From contig OZ245742.1 in NCBI GenBank assembly GCA_965227295.1, positions 5,088,001 to 5,152,000 on the forward strand: a DNA stretch of 64,000 nucleotides, in the 5' to 3' direction. How positions within the stretch are numbered: position 1 is the stretch's first letter; each line of letters starts with the position of its first letter. Shown piece by piece: positions 20,901 through 29,978 of the stretch. This DNA comes from Leptonemataceae bacterium. Its GTDB lineage: Bacteria; Spirochaetota; Leptospiria; Leptospirales; Leptonemataceae. The position numbers and the translations under genes were made by a program. The notes below the pieces were generated by a model. That model worked only from the letters and a program-made list of their open reading frames with translations, was not told where the DNA came from and searched no databases.

Positions 20901-21035
20901 TCCCGGGAAGGCCGTGGACGGCATGAGCCCCACCGGCACCGAAAAAAAAGCCACGAAGCCCAGCAAAGCCGGACCGCTGACGAACATGATCGTCGTGATG
21001 GGATGCGCGAGACAGAAACGGCTGAGGGCGTTCAC
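17988..21035 (-). CDS. AcrB/AcrD/AcrF-family RND permease, degenerate transmembrane domain
   Basis: RND porter motifs (IEEQITIPMEEAV, AYFESLRRPF) present, but TM4 and TM10 regions lack the usual charged residues. Confidence 0.85.
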   Translation of the reverse strand: MNALSRFCLAHPITTIMFVSGPALLGFVAFFSVPVGLMPSTAFPGLTVEVNYGGVGPEKIEEQITIPMEEAVSSVGGIEELRSVSEEGKARIDIEFTRGLDVNRKALEVRERIDPVAATFPREVQPPTVLRYDPEKRPVFIVALESEALDLFQQREFADRRVKKAFERVDGVSEIIVAGGQVREVLVSCDAGLLQSRGISMQEILRDLQSNNFDVALGRMHTNGGRYSVYGRGRFQSLEEIRNLILETTEDNRPILLRDVAEVKYSYRDQDTASRWNGEERISIYVHKGSEANLLVLSDELRRAMQEVHRDDVDFRMIYDQADTIRSAVGNLLIAGAVGLLFAALLLYFAFFSLRISLVVLGALPVSFLISSFAIFLVGFEYNLMTISGFILSAGVSLTLLTVTVLAIRRFGPTAAGERVGQELIAGVLVLGAIFVPVLFSGEELKILYGGFAVAVAVPAAVTLLLCFTIVPVLLGRREFRRYQFAPFRKGADTLRRSLWKWKQRFDGAAYRAYPNRIRGWFIALQRTGWRGVAAYFVILVLGAVVFSFSKQQLGSSFEKNRVNSFIEFPSGTAFGPTNGTSKKVEEKLLKVEGVKEISSRVEAGRSTLRLTLEDGQDASPAYIETLKEAAGNNEPAFVFFSTEADAGALREITIHVLGEDLETLDKLTKNMANLAKTYEGVNEVVLRYKSPRPELRLWIDRVKAQRVGLTAADFGQNVRFAIQGGVATKFIEENREIDVRIRYDEKFRRSLEQLADYFLKAGEGRFVPMLELVRQEEGTVPVKIYRKNKKRTYSFSLQLGDAGYETLTPRLDELQAAELPANYRIEFGRELRIALESRQRFYRVIALSVLLVYMILAAYFESLRRPFLLLVPLPLPIIAAATALFIFRIPLSITILIGFLILAAWVALQAMLLRTPELAAMQQDRRAMAKLFLAACATAVFYLPFTVVTGDGGEFLRGISISVIAGLAASTLATPLLVAVTARIPVSELLRLRMIQAWSMEMFQWIRRRMGKLR

Positions 21036-24000
21036 AGCGCCTCCGCTTCCACTTCCGGAACACCGCCGGTCGTCGTGGCGAAGGGCCGTTGTTTCGGCGC
21101 GCTTCCGAAGGTCGGCCCGGAACGACTGCGCATTACGTAATAAAAGACCGTGGGAATCACGAAGAGCGAGAGAAAGACCGAAGCAATGAGTCCGGAGATG
21201 ACCGCGATGGCCATGGGCGCCTGGAATTCGGTACCCTCGCCCAGTTGTAAGGCCACGGGTAGCAAACCCAGGAGCGTCGTGGAGTTGTTCATGATCACCG
21301 GACGCAGGACGATCTTGCCGCTTTCCTGAATGGCCTCGCGCAGTTCTTTGCCTTCCTCGCGCAGGATGTGCACGTACTCGTAAAAGAGGGCGGCGTTATC
21401 GACGACGATGCCGATCAAGAGAATGACGCCGGTGAAAGAGCTTACGTTCAGACTACTGGAAGTTAAGTACAGGGCCGGAAACACCCCGATCACAATCAGC
21501 GGTATCGCCAGCAACATGTAGACGGGATACCGAATGGATTCGAACTGAGCGGCGAGGATCATGTACACGAGGACCGCCGCGAGCAAAAATGCGAAGACCA
21601 GTTCCTGGAAGGCCCGGCCCAGGTTTTCGCGCTCACCGCCGAAACTCACGCTGTAGCCTTCCGGCAGACGCAGCCCGTCCACGTAGTCGGCGATGCTGCC
21701 GTAAACGGCGTTGCGATCCGCGCCCTCGGCGAGGTCCGCCGTGATTCTGTTGATGCGCGTGGGGCCGTTACGCAGGATCGAGGTATAGCCCTCTTCGTTT
21801 TTTACTTTGATGATTTGCGAGATGGGTACGTTCTCCCCCACCTCGGACTTCACGCGCAGTTCGCCGAGCCCCTCCAATGAGTTCCGATCCTCCTCGCGCA
21901 GTTGCACGCGAATGTCGATCTCCTCGTCGCCCACACGCAGCCGGGTCACCACGCTCCCGTCGATGGCGGTCCGCAAATAGCGCGACAGGTATTCCCGGCT
22001 CATGTTCGCCACGGCTAATCGCAGATCATCGTATCTTACGTGATATTCCCGGGAGCGGTCCTGCATCGAAGACTGCACGTCCACCACACCTTCGATTTCG
22101 CCCAGGTGCTCGCGCACGCGGCCGCCCACTTCCGTGAGCATGGTGAGATCGTCTCCGGCGACCTCGAGCATCACGGCCTTCGCATCCGGCGAAAGAATCT
22201 CCGAAAGCACGTCGCCGCTCACACCGAAGCTCACCTCAACGTCGTCGCGCAGCTTCATCCCGCGGCGGATTTCGTCCGCCACTTCCCGGGCCGTGCCCGA
22301 ACGATTGCGTCGCAACACCACCCGGACCTGCGCACGGTGCGTGCCCACGTCGCCGCCGCGCCGCGAAAGCAGTTGGTCCGGATCGTAACCGGCGAAGGTG
22401 ATGGCGTGTTCCACGTCCGGATGTTCGCGCAGCGCCGCCTCGACCTCTTCGGCCAGGGAGCGCGTAGATTCCAGGGACGCGCCGCGCACGTTTTCGACTT
22501 CCACGCTGAATTCACCGGTGTCCACCCGCGGCAGAAACTCTCGTTGCACGAACGGAAAGATCAACCAGGCCACGGTCAACAACGCGAGCACGGTAAAAAT
22601 GAAACCCCGCGGATTATCCAGGATGCCCGCAAGGCGTCGTTCGTACCTGCGTTCCAGTCGATCTTCAAAGGCTGCGGCCGTGCGGACCACCGGATACTTC
22701 GAAAGATCCTTCTGAAAAAACGCCGGCCAGCGTAGAGACGAAAGCATAGGGATCAACGTCAGCGAAACGGCGAGGCTTACTAAGAGTGAATAGGTGATGG
22801 TTAAGGCCATCTCGGCGAAGACCACGCCGACGACGCTCTGCAAAAACACGATGGGCAAAAACACCGTCACCGTCGTAAAGACCGCCGCCGAAATCGAGCC
22901 GCTCACGTCCCCGGCGCCGCGCAGGGCGGCCTCTTTGCGTGCGAGGCCCTCACGACTGTAACGTTCGATCGAGGACAGCACCACGTTGCCGGCGTCGAAC
23001 AACATGCCGATGCCGAGGGCCATGCCGCCGAGGGACATGAGGTTCAGCGAGATGCCCTGGGTGTACATCAACAGAAAGGTTGCAAGCACCGAAATGGGCA
23101 ACACGGTTAAGAGAATGACGGGGCTCCGCAGGTTGCGTAAAATCAAAACGAGAATCAAAAACGCGAGCAACCCGCCGATGATCAGCGCCTGAGCGATGTT
23201 CCAGATGGACTGACGCACGAAACGCGACTCGTCGTAGACGACGGCCAGGTCCACCTCGTCGCCGAAGGTTTCGCGCACCACCTCGATCTCTTTGCGCGCG
23301 TCCGCCGCCACCTGCACGGTGTTCTTGCCGGCTTCTTTGCGCAGCGAAACGACGACGCACTCCCGGCCGTTATAGAGGGCCAGGCCGGTACGTTCTTCGT
23401 AACCGTCCCGCACGTCGGCCAGGTCGCCCAGACGCACCGGCACCCCCTGCTCGTTTTTGCCGACGACGGCCTGGCGAATGTCGTCGATATTCTGAAACTC
23501 GCCTAAGGTTCGAATGAGAACATCTTTGTCGCCGACGGTGATCGAGCCGGCGGGACTGTTCAGGTTCGAGGCCGCCATGGCGCCGCCGATCTCGTTCAGC
23601 GAGAGGCCGTAGCCGTTCATGAGCGGGGCGTCCACCTCCACCTGGATCTCTTTTTTGTAGCCGCCGGAAAACTCCACCTGGGCCACCCCGTCCACGCGGT
23701 CCAGATAGACCTTCACCTCGCTTTCGAGAAAATGACGCAGGTCTTTATCGTTGGGCAGGGAGTTCGCGAAGAAGACCACTTCCATGAACGGATCGGCGGA
23801 AGGGTCGAAGCGGCTGATGATGGACCGACCGGCGTCCTCGGGAAGCACGCCCCGGACCAGGTCTAACTTCTCTCGAACTTCCATTACGGCGAAATCCACG
23901 TTGGTGCCCCAACTGAATTGCAACGTAACGAACGAAACGCCTTCTAAGGATTCGCTGGTAACCTTATCCAGGCCGCCCACGGAGCTGGCGGCCTCGGCCA

Positions 24001-24202
24001 GGGGTTTCGTCACCAGGTTTTCGATTTCTTCCGGGGCCGCGTTTTCGTAAGCGGTGACGACGGTAATGCGCGGCAACTCCAGGTTCGGCAGGAGGTTCAC
24101 TTCCAGATCCGAAAGCGCGAGCACGCCCAGGAGGACGACGCCCAGATAGAACATGGCGGTGGCGACCGGGCGGCCGATGGCGAGACGCTGAAGACTGCGC
24201 AT
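21032..24202 (-). CDS. AcrB/AcrD/AcrF-family RND permease
   Basis: RPVATAM, LEVNLLPNLELP, IENLVTKPLAE, SLGGMALGIGMLFD, AAQFES, LRPVIM, FQAPMAIAVISGL. Confidence 0.92.
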   Translation of the reverse strand: MRSLQRLAIGRPVATAMFYLGVVLLGVLALSDLEVNLLPNLELPRITVVTAYENAAPEEIENLVTKPLAEAASSVGGLDKVTSESLEGVSFVTLQFSWGTNVDFAVMEVREKLDLVRGVLPEDAGRSIISRFDPSADPFMEVVFFANSLPNDKDLRHFLESEVKVYLDRVDGVAQVEFSGGYKKEIQVEVDAPLMNGYGLSLNEIGGAMAASNLNSPAGSITVGDKDVLIRTLGEFQNIDDIRQAVVGKNEQGVPVRLGDLADVRDGYEERTGLALYNGRECVVVSLRKEAGKNTVQVAADARKEIEVVRETFGDEVDLAVVYDESRFVRQSIWNIAQALIIGGLLAFLILVLILRNLRSPVILLTVLPISVLATFLLMYTQGISLNLMSLGGMALGIGMLFDAGNVVLSSIERYSREGLARKEAALRGAGDVSGSISAAVFTTVTVFLPIVFLQSVVGVVFAEMALTITYSLLVSLAVSLTLIPMLSSLRWPAFFQKDLSKYPVVRTAAAFEDRLERRYERRLAGILDNPRGFIFTVLALLTVAWLIFPFVQREFLPRVDTGEFSVEVENVRGASLESTRSLAEEVEAALREHPDVEHAITFAGYDPDQLLSRRGGDVGTHRAQVRVVLRRNRSGTAREVADEIRRGMKLRDDVEVSFGVSGDVLSEILSPDAKAVMLEVAGDDLTMLTEVGGRVREHLGEIEGVVDVQSSMQDRSREYHVRYDDLRLAVANMSREYLSRYLRTAIDGSVVTRLRVGDEEIDIRVQLREEDRNSLEGLGELRVKSEVGENVPISQIIKVKNEEGYTSILRNGPTRINRITADLAEGADRNAVYGSIADYVDGLRLPEGYSVSFGGERENLGRAFQELVFAFLLAAVLVYMILAAQFESIRYPVYMLLAIPLIVIGVFPALYLTSSSLNVSSFTGVILLIGIVVDNAALFYEYVHILREEGKELREAIQESGKIVLRPVIMNNSTTLLGLLPVALQLGEGTEFQAPMAIAVISGLIASVFLSLFVIPTVFYYVMRSRSGPTFGSAPKQRPFATTTGGVPEVEAEAL

Positions 24203-24205
24203 CGA

Positions 24206-25708
24206 TTATTCCTGCGACGTTTGCTCCGATTGCGTTGCGTTGTTCTCGCTCCTTTCGACCAGGGCTTCCACCTGCATGCCGTCGCGCAGCAGCGAGAATT
24301 TTTCCACGGCGATCACATCACCCTCTTGCAGACCTTCCGTAACTTCCACTTTTTCATCGCGGCGTTCGCCGGTCTTCACTTCCACACGATACACGCGATT
24401 GTCGCGAATGACGAAGGCCGCCGCCGCGCCGCTGTCGCCGGGTTGCAGGGCTTTTTCCGGAACCATCAATGCAATGCGGTCCTCGCCGGTGACGATCTGT
24501 CCGCGCAAGAACATGCCCGGGCGAAATTTGAGGCCGGGGTTGTCGAGCAACGCGCGGACACCGACGGTGTGCGTCTTCGTATCCACGAGCGGATCGATGA
24601 GTTCGACGACGGCCTTAAACCTTTCGTCGGGGAACGTATCCACGGTGAAGCGAAACTCCATGCCGGGTTGTACATCTTTGGCGCGGGATTCTTTGACGTT
24701 CACCTGGGCGTAGACCTGATCGATGTCCACGAGAACCATGATGGCCTCTTGCGGAGTGGCAACGCTGCCCTGGCGTACTTCTTCGCCGGGGGATTTGTTC
24801 CGCGCGGCCACGATGCCGGTGATGGGCGAGCGGATCGTCGCCTCGTTGAGCAAAGTGTACGTGTTCTGCAATTCGGCCGCGGCGGCGCGCACCCGGGCTT
24901 CCTGAACCCGCACCTCGGCCTTCTGTTCGCGGGTGTTCAGATCCAGGTACATGCGATAACGCGCGTCGTCATTTTGCGGAACGCTGAGTCCGGCCTGCCT
25001 TAAGTCTTTCTCACGGAAACCTACGCTCAGGATTTCCAGATCCCGCTTCGCGCCCAGGTAATCGGCCTCGCGGGAAATCAACGTAACCCGCGCGGTCTCG
25101 TACTCTTCGCGGCTGATGCCGCCGGCGTTGTACAAGGCCTCGCGCCCCTTGAACGAAGAGCGTTCTCGTTCGAGCAGGGCCTTGAGCTCCCGGGCCTGGG
25201 TCCGCTGGCGTTCGATCTGATTCCAGCGGCGCTCAATGTCCCGGCGCGCGTTTTCGTAACGTTCTTTGACGAGGGCGAGCTGCGCTTCTTCGCCGTCCAG
25301 GGCCGCCTTCTGTTGCGCGGCCTGAAGTTCCAGCGGCAAACGTTCGATCTGCACGAGCTTCTGGCCGACCCGCACGGTCTCGCCTTTCTGCGCATAGATC
25401 TCGTCGATGCGGCCGGAGGACTTCGACACCACGTCGATCTTTTCGAAGTATTCAATGACACCCGAGGCTTCGATGGCCGGAGTCATCTCCACGCCCTCGA
25501 CTTCCACGGCCTTTACCTTAACAACGACGCCCTCGACGCTTTCTTCTTCGCCGCCGCCACCGCCTATATAATAGAAGGGAGCGAAGGCCGTGCGCGTAAC
25601 CGCGGATTCCGGCGCCAGCCAGCGTGCGAGAAAAAATGCCAGCACGTAGAGGAGGATCACCGCCGCGACAATGAAGAGCGGGCGTTTGTTCAATTTCAAA
25701 AACCACAT
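24206..25708 (-). CDS. RND periplasmic adaptor (MFP) with long alpha-hairpin
   Basis: N-terminal TM; SGRIDEIYAQKGETVRVGQ and TIRSPITGIV lipoyl halves; FRPGMF; VEVTEGLQEGD; long coiled coil. Confidence 0.9.
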   Translation of the reverse strand: MWFLKLNKRPLFIVAAVILLYVLAFFLARWLAPESAVTRTAFAPFYYIGGGGGEEESVEGVVVKVKAVEVEGVEMTPAIEASGVIEYFEKIDVVSKSSGRIDEIYAQKGETVRVGQKLVQIERLPLELQAAQQKAALDGEEAQLALVKERYENARRDIERRWNQIERQRTQARELKALLERERSSFKGREALYNAGGISREEYETARVTLISREADYLGAKRDLEILSVGFREKDLRQAGLSVPQNDDARYRMYLDLNTREQKAEVRVQEARVRAAAAELQNTYTLLNEATIRSPITGIVAARNKSPGEEVRQGSVATPQEAIMVLVDIDQVYAQVNVKESRAKDVQPGMEFRFTVDTFPDERFKAVVELIDPLVDTKTHTVGVRALLDNPGLKFRPGMFLRGQIVTGEDRIALMVPEKALQPGDSGAAAAFVIRDNRVYRVEVKTGERRDEKVEVTEGLQEGDVIAVEKFSLLRDGMQVEALVERSENNATQSEQTSQE

Positions 25709-25882
25709 ACGAACAACCGTGGCCTCCGAGCATAGCGGGGGCCGGGTGAGTCTTTGTCCTATTATCGGGGGGCCGCAAGGCGAAATCGAGGCGCGAGGCG
25801 AAAGTTTAGAAAATATAGGATGATGGGCGGATCGTCAATTCAGGGTAGGAGGAGATTGCGGCGGCCAACGTGTTCGTGTGAA

Positions 25883-26614
25883 CTACCGAAGCGTTTTTGA
25901 TTCATCGCCGGCATCATCCTGCGCACCATCATCCTGCGCGCCGCCCGTGCCGCGCTGCATGAAATCCGCCTGCTCGCCACGTTCGTCGTTTTCCCAGCGG
26001 CCGGCCCAGATCAAACCGCCGTGGTCGTCCAGCATCACACCGACGCCGTTTCGTTTGCCGTCCTTCCACTGACCAATGTAACGCTTGCCGTCGTCGTAGA
26101 TGTAAATGCCAGCGCCCTCAACGACGATACCGTTTTCGTACGTGCCTTCGAGACGCGTGCCGTCCGTAAGTTCGACGGCACCGTCGCCGTGGGGCTCGCC
26201 CTCGTTCCAGCGACCGGTGTACTTCGTGCCGTCACTCCAGGTATACGAACCGAAGCCGTGCTTTACGTTATGATGAAACTCCCCGGAGTACTTGCCGCCG
26301 CCCGGATACACATAGACGCCGTAGCCGTGTTTTTCGCCCTGCACCCAGGCGCCCTCGTAACGGTCCCCGCGCGGATTGACGAACGTACCGAAACCGTGGC
26401 TCTCTCCGTCCTGAAACTGGCCGGAGTAACGCGTGCCGTTTTCGTAGACCAGAATGCCCGTGCCGTTCTCACAATCGCCCTGAATGCACTCGGACGGCAT
26501 CTCGTAAATGAAACGATAGTACACGAAGAAAGCAGCGAAGAGTACGATCAGCACGGCGGCCAGGCTGCCGAGACCGATGGTAAGATATTTCAACCAGGGG
26601 CGTGAAGCGAACAT
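25883..26614 (-). CDS. Membrane-anchored MORN-repeat protein
   Basis: TM anchor, then CIQGDCENGTG and MORN repeats; start placed at MFASRP. Confidence 0.85.
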   Translation of the reverse strand: MFASRPWLKYLTIGLGSLAAVLIVLFAAFFVYYRFIYEMPSECIQGDCENGTGILVYENGTRYSGQFQDGESHGFGTFVNPRGDRYEGAWVQGEKHGYGVYVYPGGGKYSGEFHHNVKHGFGSYTWSDGTKYTGRWNEGEPHGDGAVELTDGTRLEGTYENGIVVEGAGIYIYDDGKRYIGQWKDGKRNGVGVMLDDHGGLIWAGRWENDERGEQADFMQRGTGGAQDDGAQDDAGDESKTLR

Positions 26615-26717
26615 GAGGACAATGGATTGCACAGGGAAACGTGATGGCAAGCGATGTTCTGCCCGGAACGACGCGGATTCGGTTGACGGGAATAAGCAGC
26701 CGTTGTCTGCTCCGCTC

Positions 26718-27656
26718 ATGGAATGGAAACGCGGTGCTTGTATTCTGATCTCCGGCGGAGTAGCCGTGATTCTGGCTGTGACCGGCCTCTCCGCACAAAC
26801 CGTCGGCGACTACGTCAAAACGAACCGGGACGACATCGTCAACGGAACTCCGATCAAAGAGCCCTACAAGGTCGAAGGCGAGACGGCGGACGAGATCCGG
26901 AAGAGCGAAAAGAAGAACTCGCCCCATCCGGACGGCCACATCGGCAACACCAAATGGAACTTCGTCGACAACGAGATGTTGGGAGCCGGCATCGTCGCCG
27001 AAAAGAAGTGCCATGACGGCAAACATACGGTCATCGTACACTACGAACCGTCCACGGTGGGTCTGCTGATCATCGTGCAGTTGCCGGAATGGACGAAGAT
27101 CAAGGACAGCCCGGCGCGGCTCTGGTGGCCGCGGCACATCCTGGAACTGGAAGTCCACGAAGACGGCCACGTGCAGATCGCGAAAACGGGACACGAGTTC
27201 GCGCACAAAAATCACCTCGTGCTCCGCGGCATGGCGACGGCGGACACGCTGAAAGCCGCGCGACAACAGGCGGTGGAAGAGCTGCGCCGGCAGAAAGATG
27301 AGCTCCTGAACACGTATCTACAACGAACGAAGTCCTACCAGGCCGCGTACGACAAGGCCACCAGACACGGAAAAGCCGCCGCCTTTCAGAACGATCAAAA
27401 GGTAGCGGCGGAACTCGTGGAAAAAATGAAAACCGAGTTCAGTGAAACACTGAAAACCTCCGCTGCCGCCGCGGCGAAGACCCGCAAACGCTTTGCCGGC
27501 CTTCGAGAAGGCAACTGCGAACTGGAACACTCAAAAGAAGACCTCAATCCCGATACCGCCGAAGAAGAAATGCGCGAGAGCAAAGAGCAACCGCGCGAAG
27601 ATGAATCGACACCGTTAGAAGGACAACGAGAGTCGAAATTCAAGCGGGGTCGCTGA
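26718..27656 (+). CDS. Secreted DUF922-like putative Zn-peptidase
   Basis: Signal peptide; YKVEGETADEI...HIGNTKWNF; LEVHEDGHVQIA (HExxH). Start placed at MEWKRG. Confidence 0.6.
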   Translation: MEWKRGACILISGGVAVILAVTGLSAQTVGDYVKTNRDDIVNGTPIKEPYKVEGETADEIRKSEKKNSPHPDGHIGNTKWNFVDNEMLGAGIVAEKKCHDGKHTVIVHYEPSTVGLLIIVQLPEWTKIKDSPARLWWPRHILELEVHEDGHVQIAKTGHEFAHKNHLVLRGMATADTLKAARQQAVEELRRQKDELLNTYLQRTKSYQAAYDKATRHGKAAAFQNDQKVAAELVEKMKTEFSETLKTSAAAAAKTRKRFAGLREGNCELEHSKEDLNPDTAEEEMRESKEQPREDESTPLEGQRESKFKRGR

Positions 27657-27669
27657 GGACACCCGCGCC

Positions 27670-28341
27670 TCAATAACCGAAAAAGAACGTGAGATAACAC
27701 ATGCACATGAGGCCGAAGTACGGCAGGATCGCCGTTAAGAAGGCCCGGCCCGCGTTCTGCGCATACCGCGCCCGGTAGCCCTGATACGCCGCGATGTTTT
27801 CCCAGCATAACGCCGAGACACTGAGCACCGCCGCGGCCATCCCGCGCACGATCTGCGCCGTACTGATTTGATCCGCCGGACCGGGGACGAGCGGGTAATA
27901 CAACAACGACACCTGGACCAGGAAACCGGACAACACCAGGGGCAGCACGCTCAACGCCGAGAGCGCGACAACGAGCGGCCAGGCTACGCCCTCTTCTCCA
28001 AACACGCGCAACAACAGATAACGCACGCTACCGAATCCGAAAATCCACAGAAGCCAGTAGAGCGGATACCAGAGATACGCCGTCGGCGCCTGGTTGCGAA
28101 ACGCGAGCGTTACGCCGGGATCCATGTTCGCGCGACGCAACACCGCCTCGCTGAGTTCGCGCAGCATGGCCTGGTTCCACCAGGCGGAGAAAAAGAGAAT
28201 CAACGCGCTGCCCGCGAGCACGACGGTCGTGACGATCACGGCGACACGCAAAACTTCGGCCGGTTCACTTTCGCGCTGAAAAAACCCCGGCAAAAAGACG
28301 GCGCGCAGGATTTGCTGGATCGACACGTCCTGGTTCATCAT
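27670..28341 (-). CDS. Multi-pass membrane protein (Yip1-like)
   Basis: About five hydrophobic segments; co-oriented with upstream genes. Confidence 0.55.
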   Translation of the reverse strand: MMNQDVSIQQILRAVFLPGFFQRESEPAEVLRVAVIVTTVVLAGSALILFFSAWWNQAMLRELSEAVLRRANMDPGVTLAFRNQAPTAYLWYPLYWLLWIFGFGSVRYLLLRVFGEEGVAWPLVVALSALSVLPLVLSGFLVQVSLLYYPLVPGPADQISTAQIVRGMAAAVLSVSALCWENIAAYQGYRARYAQNAGRAFLTAILPYFGLMCMCYLTFFFGY

Positions 28342-28355
28342 GCCGGACCCGATTG

Positions 28356-29048
28356 TTAGTTACGTGAGCCGCGACGCCGGGGCTGCGGGAGGTCCGCATC
28401 GCATGCTTCGAAGAGCGCGCGGTGCGCATACACGGCGACGGAAGTGGCCGGCAGAACGCCGACGACCAGGAGCAACAGGCCGACGATCAACAGCAACGCC
28501 GTGAGCAACAGCACGGCCAGGATCGGCCAGAAACGACCGGCACTCGCGCGCCAGGAATTTTGCATGGCGTCGAAGGGATCCTGCTTCCGCGCAATCACGT
28601 ACCAGGGCGACAACGCCAATCGTACGAGCACGTAAAACGCCGCGGGCAGTGCCAGGACAAAGCAGATTGCTCCGATGATCGTCCGCGGGAACGCGGACAT
28701 CATACCCAGGCCGGGCAGTGCGAACAGGAAGAGGATCACCCCGAACGCGATTTGCAGTACGAGGTACGCGCCCAGACGTCGCCGGCCGCGAAAGCACAGG
28801 CCGGGCCTGCGCTCGTCGCCGTCCGCGAGATGGTAATGCAGGAGGCCGAGCTGCCAGTAGGCGTTGACGACGAACACCAACAGACTCATCAACAGTGCGT
28901 AGAACAGCCCATCCCCAAAATTCGCGATGCCGCGTAAGATGATGTTGCTGATCATTAAGCAGACGAAGTAGATCAACACCGCGACGGCCGACAGGATCGG
29001 CGTGTTGCGGTAGTATGTGTATGCGTTGCGGAAGACTGTGGTGATCAT
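28356..29048 (-). CDS. Multi-pass membrane protein of unknown function
   Basis: Hydrophobic, with VRLALSPWYVI...DAMQNSWRASAGRFW and LLLLVVGVLP; overlaps upstream MORN gene stop. Confidence 0.7.
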   Translation of the reverse strand: MITTVFRNAYTYYRNTPILSAVAVLIYFVCLMISNIILRGIANFGDGLFYALLMSLLVFVVNAYWQLGLLHYHLADGDERRPGLCFRGRRRLGAYLVLQIAFGVILFLFALPGLGMMSAFPRTIIGAICFVLALPAAFYVLVRLALSPWYVIARKQDPFDAMQNSWRASAGRFWPILAVLLLTALLLIVGLLLLVVGVLPATSVAVYAHRALFEACDADLPQPRRRGSRN

Positions 29049-29890
29049 GGGGCTGTGGGAACGGGAACGTCGGATTCGATGTTCCGTCGTGTTCCGTCAC
29101 TGTCTACCATTATACCGTCGTGGGGTTCGCCGTTCTGAAACGTACCTTCGAAGCGGCGGCCGTCACTGTAGTACAGCGTGCCGGAACCGTGCGGTACCAT
29201 TTCGGAAAATTCGCCGTGATAGTGGTTCGCCGGCACCGACAACGGCGCAGGCGATCGCATGACACCGTAGAGGAGCTCGCCGTCCAGCCACTCGCCGAGA
29301 GCGATCTTACCCGTCGGCCAGATCGCCATCCCGTGTCCGTGCGCTTTGCCGTAGCGAAAGCCGCCGTGGTAATGATAACCATCCGGCCGATCTTCCGTGA
29401 GCAATCCGACATAGCCCGTGCCGTCGAAGGTGTCCCGCTGAAAGTGACCGATGTAAAAACGATCCGCCGCGCGCTGGTACCCCAGGCCGGCGCGCTCGCC
29501 CTGGTTCCACTGCCCCGCATACAACGACGCGCCCGCATCGTAACGCAGGACCCCGAAGCCGTGATACTCATCGCGGCCGAAGTGTCCGGAGTACACGCGG
29601 CCTTCGGCATCGCGCAGGTAACCGTAGCCGTGTTTGTCACCGTCGTCGAACGATCCTTCGTAACGATCGCCGTGCGCGGTAACTTTCGTTCCGAAGCCGT
29701 AGGGCATTCCGTTCTCGAACGTGCCGGCGTAGAGTGATCCGTCCTCGTAGAGATATTCACCGATGCCGTCGATGCAGTTGCCGGTGGTGCACGTTCCGCC
29801 CGGTTGCGGGGTGCAGCCGGCGTTTGTCAGCAGGGCGGTCAGGATGGCGTACGCGGCGGCAAGATGGAGTGATGGGCGGTGGTGGGTCAT
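29045..29890 (-). CDS. MORN-repeat lipoprotein
   Basis: Lipobox-like NAGC, CTTGNCIDGIG, MORN repeats; start placed at MTHHRP. Confidence 0.85.
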   Translation of the reverse strand: MTHHRPSLHLAAAYAILTALLTNAGCTPQPGGTCTTGNCIDGIGEYLYEDGSLYAGTFENGMPYGFGTKVTAHGDRYEGSFDDGDKHGYGYLRDAEGRVYSGHFGRDEYHGFGVLRYDAGASLYAGQWNQGERAGLGYQRAADRFYIGHFQRDTFDGTGYVGLLTEDRPDGYHYHGGFRYGKAHGHGMAIWPTGKIALGEWLDGELLYGVMRSPAPLSVPANHYHGEFSEMVPHGSGTLYYSDGRRFEGTFQNGEPHDGIMVDSDGTRRNIESDVPVPTAP

Positions 29891-29978
29891 GGACGATGCA
29901 TGATTCCAGGTGGTTCGCCAGCGGATCAATCACGAATCGTGGGGGCTTGCGAATGTTACGGCGAAGGCGGGGCGGAAG

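Noticed and set aside
25870..25898. Short similarity to the start of the 330-bp repeat (gaactacc...gcgttt)
   Set aside because: Too short and imperfect to distinguish from chance.
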